The notes under the pieces were generated by a model. It worked only from the letters and a program-made list of their open reading frames with translations. It was not told the origin of the DNA and ran no database searches. This document shows positions 1 to 7,847 of a DNA stretch of 64,000 nt, piece by piece. Numbering within the stretch: the first letter of the stretch is position 1; every line of letters begins with the position of its first letter. The DNA comes from a virus (Duplodnaviria; Heunggongvirae; Uroviricota; Caudoviricetes): IMG/VR virus record IMGVR_UViG_3300010213_000001, positions 52,701 to 116,700 of that record. One strand, written 5' to 3'. The position numbers were made by a program, and so were the translations under genes.

Positions 1-1
1 T

Positions 2-172
2 GATGGTAACTTGCAGAATAGAGCTACTCAACCTAAACTTCAACAAGGAGGACAGTATCCAATAGGTAAGGAGTTCCTTATAAGAAATAAGGATATGTTT
101 AAAGAAAGAAACATTAAAGAATATATAAAGAATTACTCATCTAGAATAAGCCCAACTTATTTTAATCAATAA
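2..172 (+). CDS. 3' end of a virion-arm protein (partial, runs off the window edge)
   Basis: Open frame from 2 to TAA at 170-172: DGNLQNRATQPKLQQGGQYP...YFNQ*. Contains the xxGG motif shared with downstream genes; the next ATG is 5 nt later. Confidence 0.7.
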   Translation, partial: DGNLQNRATQPKLQQGGQYPIGKEFLIRNKDMFKERNIKEYIKNYSSRISPTYFNQ

Positions 173-177
173 TAACA

Positions 178-501
178 ATGAAATATAATATCTATAAGAA
201 ATCTAATGTAATCCCTACTGGAGTTCTTCACAAAGAAAAAAATGACTTACCAGCATCTTTTAAACTAGGGACGAAAGGCATACCAATAGTATCTTGTGAT
301 ATTAATACTAAAGTATGTGCTAAAGCTGCTGAAGTAGAGAAAGAAGAGTTAATAATCCATAGTGAATTATCTAAGGAGGTTGAGAGACTAGCTACATTGT
401 ATTTATCTTCTAAAGATCCAAGAATAGCTCTAGATTTGGGAAAGCTTATGTACAATCAAATTAATAATAACACACAGGATTATAGTGGTAAATACAAATA
501 G
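178..501 (+). CDS. Conserved crAss-like phage protein (virion module)
   Basis: NVIPTGVLH...KGIPIV...AEVEKEELI...LGKL...NTQDYSG resembles a domain I recall from crAss-like phage structural-module proteins; gene packing is tight. Confidence 0.6.
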   Translation: MKYNIYKKSNVIPTGVLHKEKNDLPASFKLGTKGIPIVSCDINTKVCAKAAEVEKEELIIHSELSKEVERLATLYLSSKDPRIALDLGKLMYNQINNNTQDYSGKYK

Positions 502-509
502 ATTATAAG

Positions 510-1124
510 ATGAAGAATAAAAGTAGATTAACAGCTGTAACTATAGGAGATAAGGAATATACATGTATTATTCCTCAATCTTCTAAAGAAGGATTATTAA
601 ACTATAATAAAGGAGAATTAGGAGAATATGGAATGCTATTCTCTTTTCCTTCTAGAGACGTTACAATAACATCACATGGAATGAAATTCCCAATTAATAT
701 AGTTATTATACAAGATTACAAGATAAAAGATATTATATATTTAACTCCTAATAATATACTTGAGACAGAAGGACAATATGCTGTAGAGTTTGATTCTATA
801 GCAGATATTTCTTCTATTAAGAAGGGAGACACAGCCAAAATACTAAATTCAATGGGAGATACAGTAAAAGTAAGAGTACGTTTACCAAAACACGAAGCAG
901 GAGGTCAGCCTCACTATCAAGATACATTCTTACTAGATGAGAAAGGACACGTACAAATGATATTACATGGTAAAGAGAGAATTTTTAGTAGAGAGCATAC
1001 TAACAAAATTATGAATTTAGTAAGCAAAAAGCCTACAATTGAGAATCTCATGAAGCTTGGACAATTAGTAGCTAACATAGTAAAGATACATTCTGAGCAA
1101 AAACAAGAGTATGTTGAAGAATAA
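510..1124 (+). CDS. DUF192-like protein with crAss-type C-terminal domain
   Basis: GMLFSF...GMKFPINIVII...YAVEF matches the DUF192 pattern GMLFxF...MKxTxxPLDIIF...VLE. The C-terminal LDEKGHVQMILHGKERIFSR is typical of crAss-like homologs. Confidence 0.65.
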   Translation: MKNKSRLTAVTIGDKEYTCIIPQSSKEGLLNYNKGELGEYGMLFSFPSRDVTITSHGMKFPINIVIIQDYKIKDIIYLTPNNILETEGQYAVEFDSIADISSIKKGDTAKILNSMGDTVKVRVRLPKHEAGGQPHYQDTFLLDEKGHVQMILHGKERIFSREHTNKIMNLVSKKPTIENLMKLGQLVANIVKIHSEQKQEYVEE

Positions 1125-1187
1125 TTTATCTTTATAATTGTATTTTATTAAATTTATATACAATAAGAAATTTTAACAAATTAAATA

Positions 1188-1616
1188 ATGAAACTAGTAG
1201 CAACAAATCCTAATAAATTTAAAGCTAATGCTTACGCAGCATATGACTTTATAAACAACAGAAGAAGTGTTCCTTTATATCAAGCTGGAGGAGTGGCTCC
1301 AGATCCTGAAATGGCTCCTGATGCACAACCAGCTCAACCAGATGTTCAAACTTTAATGCAAGAGTTTAGTCAGACTCAAGATCCAAATATTGCAATTCAG
1401 ATATTGCAGATGTTGGCTCAACCTGAAACAGCAGCTCAAGCAGTAAGTATGCTAATGCAGGCAATGCAATCTCAAACTACAGAGGCAGCTCCAGCTGAGC
1501 CAGGTACTGAAGTACCAGCAGCTGCTAATGGAATGAGTTTAGATGATTTAAAGTTAGAGAATTCTCTATTTGATAGAATATATAAAGAAGTAACAGGAAA
1601 AACTTTAAAGAAATAA
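1188..1616 (+). CDS. Small Q/A/P-rich virion cargo-like protein
   Basis: YQAGG motif, low-complexity PQ/A linker and C-terminal YKEVTGK. Confidence 0.55.
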   Translation: MKLVATNPNKFKANAYAAYDFINNRRSVPLYQAGGVAPDPEMAPDAQPAQPDVQTLMQEFSQTQDPNIAIQILQMLAQPETAAQAVSMLMQAMQSQTTEAAPAEPGTEVPAAANGMSLDDLKLENSLFDRIYKEVTGKTLKK

Positions 1617-1622
1617 TTAATA

Positions 1623-2369
1623 ATGAGTACTCACCCTATGGATATTGGAAACTTTTCAGATTGGGCAGTTATATTCTTATTAGTTAAAGAAATATTTAAT
1701 TGGATTAAGCAAAGTAAATTTGAATTAGTTTTAAAAACTGTTTTAGATCATTTTGCCGATAGACGTAACCAAAAGAATAAATTATCTGATAAGTATATTA
1801 AAGAATTATCTGGTAAAGTATCAGAGCTAGAAGAAGCTAATTCCCACTTATATAAAGAGTTAAAAAAGTCCTCTAGTATTGATAGGGTGCTAGATGCTAT
1901 AAGAGATAAGTATAACTTTAGACGAGCTTATACTATAATATTTAGCAATGGTACAGTTGATCTAGCAGGAGCAGGAATTTTCTATTACTCTATAGTAAAT
2001 GAATGTAGTATATACCATGAGCCACCTATTAAATCTTTATATAATAAGAAATCTTTATCTGAGATATCATCTTGGATAAATCAAGTTAAAGATGTAAAAA
2101 TATGGGACAGCAATTCATATATAGATGAAGATACAACAGTAAAAATATCATCAGATATAAAGGATTATATGTTGGTACACTCTATAGATAGATTAATTGC
2201 AGCTCCTATATTTCTAAATAATATATTAATAGGGGCTTTATGCTTAGAAATAAAATCATATAGCTCATTTCCAAACACTACAATGAGGAAAAATTCTTAC
2301 GAGGAAGCTCTATCAGATATACTATTACATAAACATACTATTGAAGCTATTTATCAAAAATATAAATAA
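1623..2369 (+). CDS. Putative holin with GAF-like C-terminal domain (T4 T-holin-like architecture)
   Basis: N-terminal hydrophobic segment (WAVIFLLVKEIFNWI), a coiled coil, then RRAYTIIFSNG...APIFLNNILIGALCLE, a GAF-like pattern. Lies directly upstream of the endolysin candidate. Confidence 0.5.
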   Translation: MSTHPMDIGNFSDWAVIFLLVKEIFNWIKQSKFELVLKTVLDHFADRRNQKNKLSDKYIKELSGKVSELEEANSHLYKELKKSSSIDRVLDAIRDKYNFRRAYTIIFSNGTVDLAGAGIFYYSIVNECSIYHEPPIKSLYNKKSLSEISSWINQVKDVKIWDSNSYIDEDTTVKISSDIKDYMLVHSIDRLIAAPIFLNNILIGALCLEIKSYSSFPNTTMRKNSYEEALSDILLHKHTIEAIYQKYK

Positions 2370-2375
2370 TAAATT

Positions 2376-3296
2376 ATGAGTTGGTGGAGGAAATTACTAG
2401 AAAAACTTAACATCGTAAAAAAGAAAGAATCTATTAAAACAAAAGAGTCGGCAGATGTTGTTGAAGAATCTGTTAATGATACTGAAGATGATAAAGAAGA
2501 TATTACTGAAAATACAGTTGAAGAAGATAAAGACAGTGAAATTGTTCCTGAAATAGTAGATGAAAATACTACACCAGTTACAAATTTAAATATGGAGCAG
2601 CTTTTATCTTTGTGTGAGAGTGATATAGAGTATATAAAAAATAATGCCATATTAGATAAGTTATTTACTAATATTGTTGATTTTTCAATTAAAAACGAAT
2701 ATACTATATTCTCAGATAATACATACAACTATAATATAAACCTATGGTTTATAAGAAACAGTAGTGTAACAGAGGATGCTTTTAATGATGTAGTTTTTGT
2801 TTTCTATAAAGAGTCAATAACAAATATATGGAAAGGTAAATTGTTTAGATTAACTACTAATCCAGGATTATACTATCTTAATAATCCAGCACATAAAGAT
2901 GGTACAGCTATAATAGCTCCAGGACAATATATTGGAACTCATAAGATAGATATTCATAGAAGAAATACATCATCAGCACATGAAGCGTTGTGCCATAGAC
3001 GTGGTATAGTTAAAGTGTTTAGAGATAATAATATGGATTCTGTACTAGACATATCTGGAAGTATATACTTAAATGGTGCTGGATTAAACTGTCATCAACC
3101 TACTGTGTACTCAGAAAATACTGGTAAAGTAAATAGAAGCTCAGCTGGTTGTTTAGTACATAGAACTAGAAAACAGTTTGATTCTAAACAAGACTTAAAA
3201 ACAGAGAATACATTTATGGGATTACTAAGATTGTCAGTAGATAATTGGGGAGAATGGGTTAGTATAACTTTAATAGAGTCAAATAAACTAATGTAA
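2376..3296 (+). CDS. Putative endolysin, L,D-transpeptidase (YkuD)-like cysteine peptidase
   Basis: TTNPG...GTAIIAPGQY...VFRDNN...GLNCH(x15)SAGCLV carries the His...SxGC catalytic motif of the YkuD family. The N-terminus is an amphipathic helix plus an acidic linker. Confidence 0.65.
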   Translation: MSWWRKLLEKLNIVKKKESIKTKESADVVEESVNDTEDDKEDITENTVEEDKDSEIVPEIVDENTTPVTNLNMEQLLSLCESDIEYIKNNAILDKLFTNIVDFSIKNEYTIFSDNTYNYNINLWFIRNSSVTEDAFNDVVFVFYKESITNIWKGKLFRLTTNPGLYYLNNPAHKDGTAIIAPGQYIGTHKIDIHRRNTSSAHEALCHRRGIVKVFRDNNMDSVLDISGSIYLNGAGLNCHQPTVYSENTGKVNRSSAGCLVHRTRKQFDSKQDLKTENTFMGLLRLSVDNWGEWVSITLIESNKLM

Positions 3297-3345
3297 TTTG
3301 CTCAATATATTACTCAAATTATGATAATGATATAATACTTCATAC

Positions 3346-3376
3346 ACAGAATAACAATATTGTTATTCTGTTTTTT
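3346..3376 (+). terminator. Rho-independent terminator (26-bp perfect palindrome + T tract)
   Basis: ACAGAATAACAAT|ATTGTTATTCTGT followed by a T run, downstream of the lysis genes. Confidence 0.7.
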
Positions 3377-3416
3377 GTTTAAATTTATAAACTAGTAATA
3401 TAACTAGATAATTAAT

Positions 3417-5231
3417 ATGAAAAAAACTAATAAAAGAATCCCTAAACATGAAAAGGGAGCAGTAATAAAACAAAAGCTAGTTGATTGGTTGAATAAGAAT
3501 GGCTCGTCTATATCTAGAATAGAGGCTGCTGAATTAAGAAAAGGTATTGAGGATCTAAATCCCGATATGTTTTATTCTATAAATGAAGACAAAGAAGGCT
3601 ACTTAACTTTTAAACAAGATGATTCTGGAAAATGGAATGAGTCTTCTGATTTTGGAGCTGGTATTTATAAAAAAGATGGTAAGTTATCAAGGAACAGAAG
3701 TGGATTTCTTCAAACTCTGTCAGGCAACAGAAAGTATGCAGCCTATGGAGGTAGAGAAAACCCTAGAAGAATAAAAGATGCTTTAATTAAGGCTAAGGAG
3801 CTTAATATATTACGCAACATTAAGGATGAAGAAGGTCAATCAAAGAGTACTGATACTACAGGCAATTCTAATGCTGCTACTAGTATAGATGATTTAATAG
3901 GAACTACTCCAACTAATGTTCTAAATAAAAACGGTATTGATTACGTTACTGTTGATGGTCAAGAGATACCTGTTAAGATAGGACCAGATGGTAAAATACA
4001 AAGTATAATCGCAATAGAGGATGTTGCTATTGATGCTGTAGAAGGAACAGGACAAGATGCAAAATTTAAAGATGGGATAGATCCATATACTACAGGAGTA
4101 GACTTATTTGATGAGTCTAGCAATAATCAAGACGCCTCCACATCAGACACTATACCTACTGATGAAGAAGGGAATATTGTATTTACAGACGGTAGACTAT
4201 TTCAAAAGTATCTTATAGATAAAGCTAAGGCAGCTAACATGACCGTTACAGGTAGAATGTTAGGAGTAAAGACTGCAGTTGATACCCACAATGGAGTTCC
4301 TATAGATGGTAAAGTTGGAGATTTAACTATGGCATTAGCAACTAAGTTAGGAGTTGCTGATAAGTGGAAAGGTAATATGTTTAAGAATAAAAAAGTAACT
4401 GTTACACAAGATTCTCCTCAGAATGTTGATGAAGATATTAGTGATGATCCAATTAAAGATAAAGATACTAAATTAAAAGAGATAGAAGATGAAGTAAAAA
4501 GAATAATAGATCCTACTAGCGCACAATATGGATATGTTAAAAGACTACAAGAGTTATTTACTGAGTATGCTAATTTAACTGGTAAGTTTTATCCCAACGC
4601 TGACACACTTCTTAAGATGACTGAACAAGCTAGTAAGACTGAAGATTCTCCAACTTTAGAAGCCAAGATAAGAGATAATAACATGGATCGTGTAAATCAT
4701 GAAGGCAGGATACAATATGGTAATACAGATGATCTTAGATATAAGTTCAGACCAGACATATATACTGGAAGTCAAGGTACTAGCAATACATCCACATCAT
4801 CTACTTCAGTAGACCTTAATCAAGGAAAGCAGATAACTAAAGGTAGTGAATTATTTCCCTTTTTTGGTATAAAGTCAGGAGAATATTCTAAAGAAGATAA
4901 ACAAAAAGACATAGATACACTAAATAAGAAAATAGAAGGATTATCTAGATTTAAAGACAGTAATCCTAAAGCATATGAACAAAGTCTAACTAAACTTCTA
5001 AAAGAATATAAGGAACTAACTGGGCAAGACCATCCTGTAGCATCTATGAAAACTGGAGGTGTTGTAAGTAAGTATGAGAATGGAGGCAGTTTAGACCTAT
5101 CTTATTTAGATGATCTATTAAGTTTCTCAACTAGTTATGAATCTGGCAGCCTACAAGATTACTTTAATAAAAAGAGTGCAAGAAAGGAGGAGTCACAACC
5201 AGTAAATTTTACCAAGAAGGGGGCTCTCTAA
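3417..5231 (+). CDS. Virion cargo/ejection protein, N-terminal part of a putative frameshift fusion
   Basis: 604 aa with no Cys and several xxGG motifs. Contains a PG-binding-like IDGKVGDLTMAL and two helical-hairpin repeats ending EYxxLTG. Confidence 0.6.
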   Translation: MKKTNKRIPKHEKGAVIKQKLVDWLNKNGSSISRIEAAELRKGIEDLNPDMFYSINEDKEGYLTFKQDDSGKWNESSDFGAGIYKKDGKLSRNRSGFLQTLSGNRKYAAYGGRENPRRIKDALIKAKELNILRNIKDEEGQSKSTDTTGNSNAATSIDDLIGTTPTNVLNKNGIDYVTVDGQEIPVKIGPDGKIQSIIAIEDVAIDAVEGTGQDAKFKDGIDPYTTGVDLFDESSNNQDASTSDTIPTDEEGNIVFTDGRLFQKYLIDKAKAANMTVTGRMLGVKTAVDTHNGVPIDGKVGDLTMALATKLGVADKWKGNMFKNKKVTVTQDSPQNVDEDISDDPIKDKDTKLKEIEDEVKRIIDPTSAQYGYVKRLQELFTEYANLTGKFYPNADTLLKMTEQASKTEDSPTLEAKIRDNNMDRVNHEGRIQYGNTDDLRYKFRPDIYTGSQGTSNTSTSSTSVDLNQGKQITKGSELFPFFGIKSGEYSKEDKQKDIDTLNKKIEGLSRFKDSNPKAYEQSLTKLLKEYKELTGQDHPVASMKTGGVVSKYENGGSLDLSYLDDLLSFSTSYESGSLQDYFNKKSARKEESQPVNFTKKGAL

Positions 5232-5238
5232 AGCTCCC
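5185..5238 (+). promoter_or_regulatory. Putative programmed -1 ribosomal frameshift cassette
   Basis: AGGAGG (5185-5190), in-frame slippery heptamer A_AAT_TTT (5204-5210), 8-nt spacer, GC-rich stem-loop GGGGGCT-ctctaa-AGCTCCC (5219-5238). The -1 frame is open into the 5258 ORF. Confidence 0.6.
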
Positions 5239-5257
5239 GAATACTTCCATTAAATAT

Positions 5258-6820
5258 GTGAAGTATGATAAAGGTGGTAAGGTGCTAAGAGGTAGTCCAT
5301 ATTATGATACTGTATTAGACAAAATAATAAATCCAAGTGATAAAGTTTATAATCCTGAATCATATAGTGCTATTCCAGTAAGTGAAATGGAGAAGTTCAA
5401 AGCTAATAGAGACAATAGAATGCAGCCTAAGGATATTCTCAATCCAAATAATGATAAAACTAAGTTATTAGGAAATGATAATAAAGAGAGAGAACTTGAT
5501 ATCTTATCACCTAATAAAACTTCTGATTTGGAAAATGTAGGTGGTTTATCGCCTAATGATAATACTAGAGAATTGGATAGAAAGGGCTCAAGTTTTGAGA
5601 ATACCGGCAACAGACAAAATCAAGATATAGCTAACAAAGTTAATTATGGAACTGGGTTAGACCATACTACTGCTCAATATGTAACTGCCATAGGAACATC
5701 AGCTGCCAATTTTGGATATGTCCCACAAAGAAAGAATGTAAAAAGAAATGTATTTATTAGTGATATAGAAAAGAAAGCTTACAATTCTTTGCAAAATAAG
5801 ATGAATCAGCAATTTGCTGATCAAAGATCTAGGACACCTAAGACTAGTGATGCTACATTGAATACTCTATCTCAACAAGCGACAACAGAGAATGCATATC
5901 AACAAAATCTAAGCTTAGCACAGTCAGAAGCTCAAGATATTAATAGACAGAAAGATTTACAATATGGACAACGTATGCAAGCTGATGCACAAAGAGTAGC
6001 AGAATTAAATCAAAGCATTGCTATTGATAATGCAGAAGCACTAGCTAAAGATAAAGCTAAAGATATGTTTAGAACTACTGTAGCTCAGACTACTATGGAT
6101 TATGCAGATACTAAGAAACTTGAAAAGGAACAACAAAGACAATTAGCTGAGAATTTATTTATTAGTAAACAGAACCAAGAAATTGAAAAACAAATATCTG
6201 AATTATCAAACAAGAAAGCTAAATTATTAGGACCTGCTACACAAAGAGATAGAATTAACTATGCTTTGTCTATAGGTCAAATAGACGATGCTCAAGTACA
6301 AATAGCAGCTAAGAATGCCATAGATCAATTTAATACATTATATCCAGAAGATAAAGTATCCGACTTCGCATCTCTGGATTCAGCTTTAACACAAAAAATA
6401 AATGATTTAGATACTGAGATGGGGAATCTTAGAGAAGCTGCTAATAATAATGCTTTAGAGATAAGAGCTAAGGGTGCGTTAGTTCAAGGATATCAGTATG
6501 CTCCAACAAGTAACCAATACGGACATTTGAATAATTCATCAACAGGACAGCAATTCAATCCTAATAATCCAATTGGAAAACAATTGTTTAAGAAAGGTGG
6601 TAAGACTAAATCAGATTATCAATTTGAAGCTTATAAACATGAATTGAGAAAAGAAGCAGCAAGAAGTAAGGAAGAAATGAAATATGATAATGCTGCTAAA
6701 ATAGAACAGTTAAAAATTTCAATGAAAATAGCAGAGAATAATATAAGAAATTTTACTAAATCAATAGAAGCTTACAATAAAGATATACATAATATATATA
6801 ATAAGGGCAAGAATAAGTAA
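5258..6820 (+). CDS. Coiled-coil virion cargo protein, probably the -1 frame extension of 3417..5231
   Basis: Only a GTG start; the frame is open upstream to 5171. Q/N/K-rich helical sequence with YDKGG and FKKGG motifs. Confidence 0.6.
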   Translation: MKYDKGGKVLRGSPYYDTVLDKIINPSDKVYNPESYSAIPVSEMEKFKANRDNRMQPKDILNPNNDKTKLLGNDNKERELDILSPNKTSDLENVGGLSPNDNTRELDRKGSSFENTGNRQNQDIANKVNYGTGLDHTTAQYVTAIGTSAANFGYVPQRKNVKRNVFISDIEKKAYNSLQNKMNQQFADQRSRTPKTSDATLNTLSQQATTENAYQQNLSLAQSEAQDINRQKDLQYGQRMQADAQRVAELNQSIAIDNAEALAKDKAKDMFRTTVAQTTMDYADTKKLEKEQQRQLAENLFISKQNQEIEKQISELSNKKAKLLGPATQRDRINYALSIGQIDDAQVQIAAKNAIDQFNTLYPEDKVSDFASLDSALTQKINDLDTEMGNLREAANNNALEIRAKGALVQGYQYAPTSNQYGHLNNSSTGQQFNPNNPIGKQLFKKGGKTKSDYQFEAYKHELRKEAARSKEEMKYDNAAKIEQLKISMKIAENNIRNFTKSIEAYNKDIHNIYNKGKNK

Positions 6821-6875
6821 TTTTTATTTAAATTTAAATACAATAACAACAATTAATAATTAATTATTTTAATAA

Positions 6876-7223
6876 ATGGAGACAACTAATATGGAGCCAG
6901 GAATGGACATGGAACAAAATATGCAACAGCCTATGATGCATCCTGGAGAAATAATCATAGCTGCTGCTGAAGAACTAGCAGATAAATATCTTAAATTAAA
7001 AGTTAAATATTTGGCTAAAGAGATAGAAGAAGAATATTCAGGAGAGAGTTCTGATGAAATGGAAGAGCCTATTGATCATAAGTTAATGAAATGCTTAGAT
7101 TTTACAACTAATATCATGCGTGTTATTACGGATCATGTTAATATGTTAGCAGGAGGAATGCCGCAAGAAGATGATTTTGAAGAAGAAGCTATTGAAGAGG
7201 ACGACGAAGAATTTGTAGATTAA
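6876..7223 (+). CDS. Small acidic hypothetical protein
   Basis: ATG start with an AT-rich leader; M/Q-rich N-terminus and very acidic C-terminus. Confidence 0.6.
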   Translation: METTNMEPGMDMEQNMQQPMMHPGEIIIAAAEELADKYLKLKVKYLAKEIEEEYSGESSDEMEEPIDHKLMKCLDFTTNIMRVITDHVNMLAGGMPQEDDFEEEAIEEDDEEFVD

Positions 7224-7258
7224 TACTAGGCTACACAACCTTAATAATAGATATTAGT

Positions 7259-7289
7259 AAAAGAGTAATAAATTTATTACTCTTTTTTT
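7259..7289 (+). terminator. Terminator (28-bp perfect palindrome + T tract)
   Basis: AAAAGAGTAATAAA|TTTATTACTCTTTT followed by TTT. Confidence 0.65.
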
Positions 7290-7310
7290 ATTTATAACAA
7301 ATACAATAAT

Positions 7311-7703
7311 ATGGCAACCAATAAGAAAAACCTTAAACCTACTAATACTAGATCTGGCAATACTAAAGCTAAAGGCGCAAACTTCAAGAAAGAAGAAATA
7401 ATATCAGTATCAGATAAGCTACTAACAACAATACAAGAGTCCAACAAGAAGCTAGTGGATGTTATCCATTTACTACTAAAACTTAAAGAAGATCAAGATA
7501 TCTATGTAGTTAATGTTGGAGACGACAATACTAAGTGGTCATTCATAATATCAGATGTAGAAGATCCAGCTAAAGATATAAAGTTTAGAGTTGATTATGA
7601 ATTCAACCCACTTGAACTTGAAGTTAGTATTATAAACACAATACTTATAAGTCAACTAGAGCTAATAATTAAAAGTAGTGTACAACCTTCTAAAGTCCTA
7701 TAA
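7311..7703 (+). CDS. Hypothetical protein
   Basis: 130-aa ORF with a basic N-terminus, flanked by hairpins. Confidence 0.55.
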   Translation: MATNKKNLKPTNTRSGNTKAKGANFKKEEIISVSDKLLTTIQESNKKLVDVIHLLLKLKEDQDIYVVNVGDDNTKWSFIISDVEDPAKDIKFRVDYEFNPLELEVSIINTILISQLELIIKSSVQPSKVL

Positions 7704-7722
7704 TTTATAGGACTTTTATTTT
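7692..7722 (+). terminator. Terminator hairpin overlapping the stop codon
   Basis: AAAGTCCTATAA-t-TTATAGGACTTT followed by a T-rich tract. Confidence 0.6.
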
Positions 7723-7847
7723 ATTATTATATAATATAGTTTTAATGTAGTATCTTTATATACTATAAGTAAATACTAATATAATAATTTACATTATAAA
7801 ACTAAATTATTATAATAATATTATAATATATTTAATTATAAGATATA

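Noticed and set aside
7704-7847. Very AT-rich intergenic stretch as a replication origin or ncRNA
   Set aside because: No iterons or stable structure beyond the terminator; a promoter region is a sufficient explanation.
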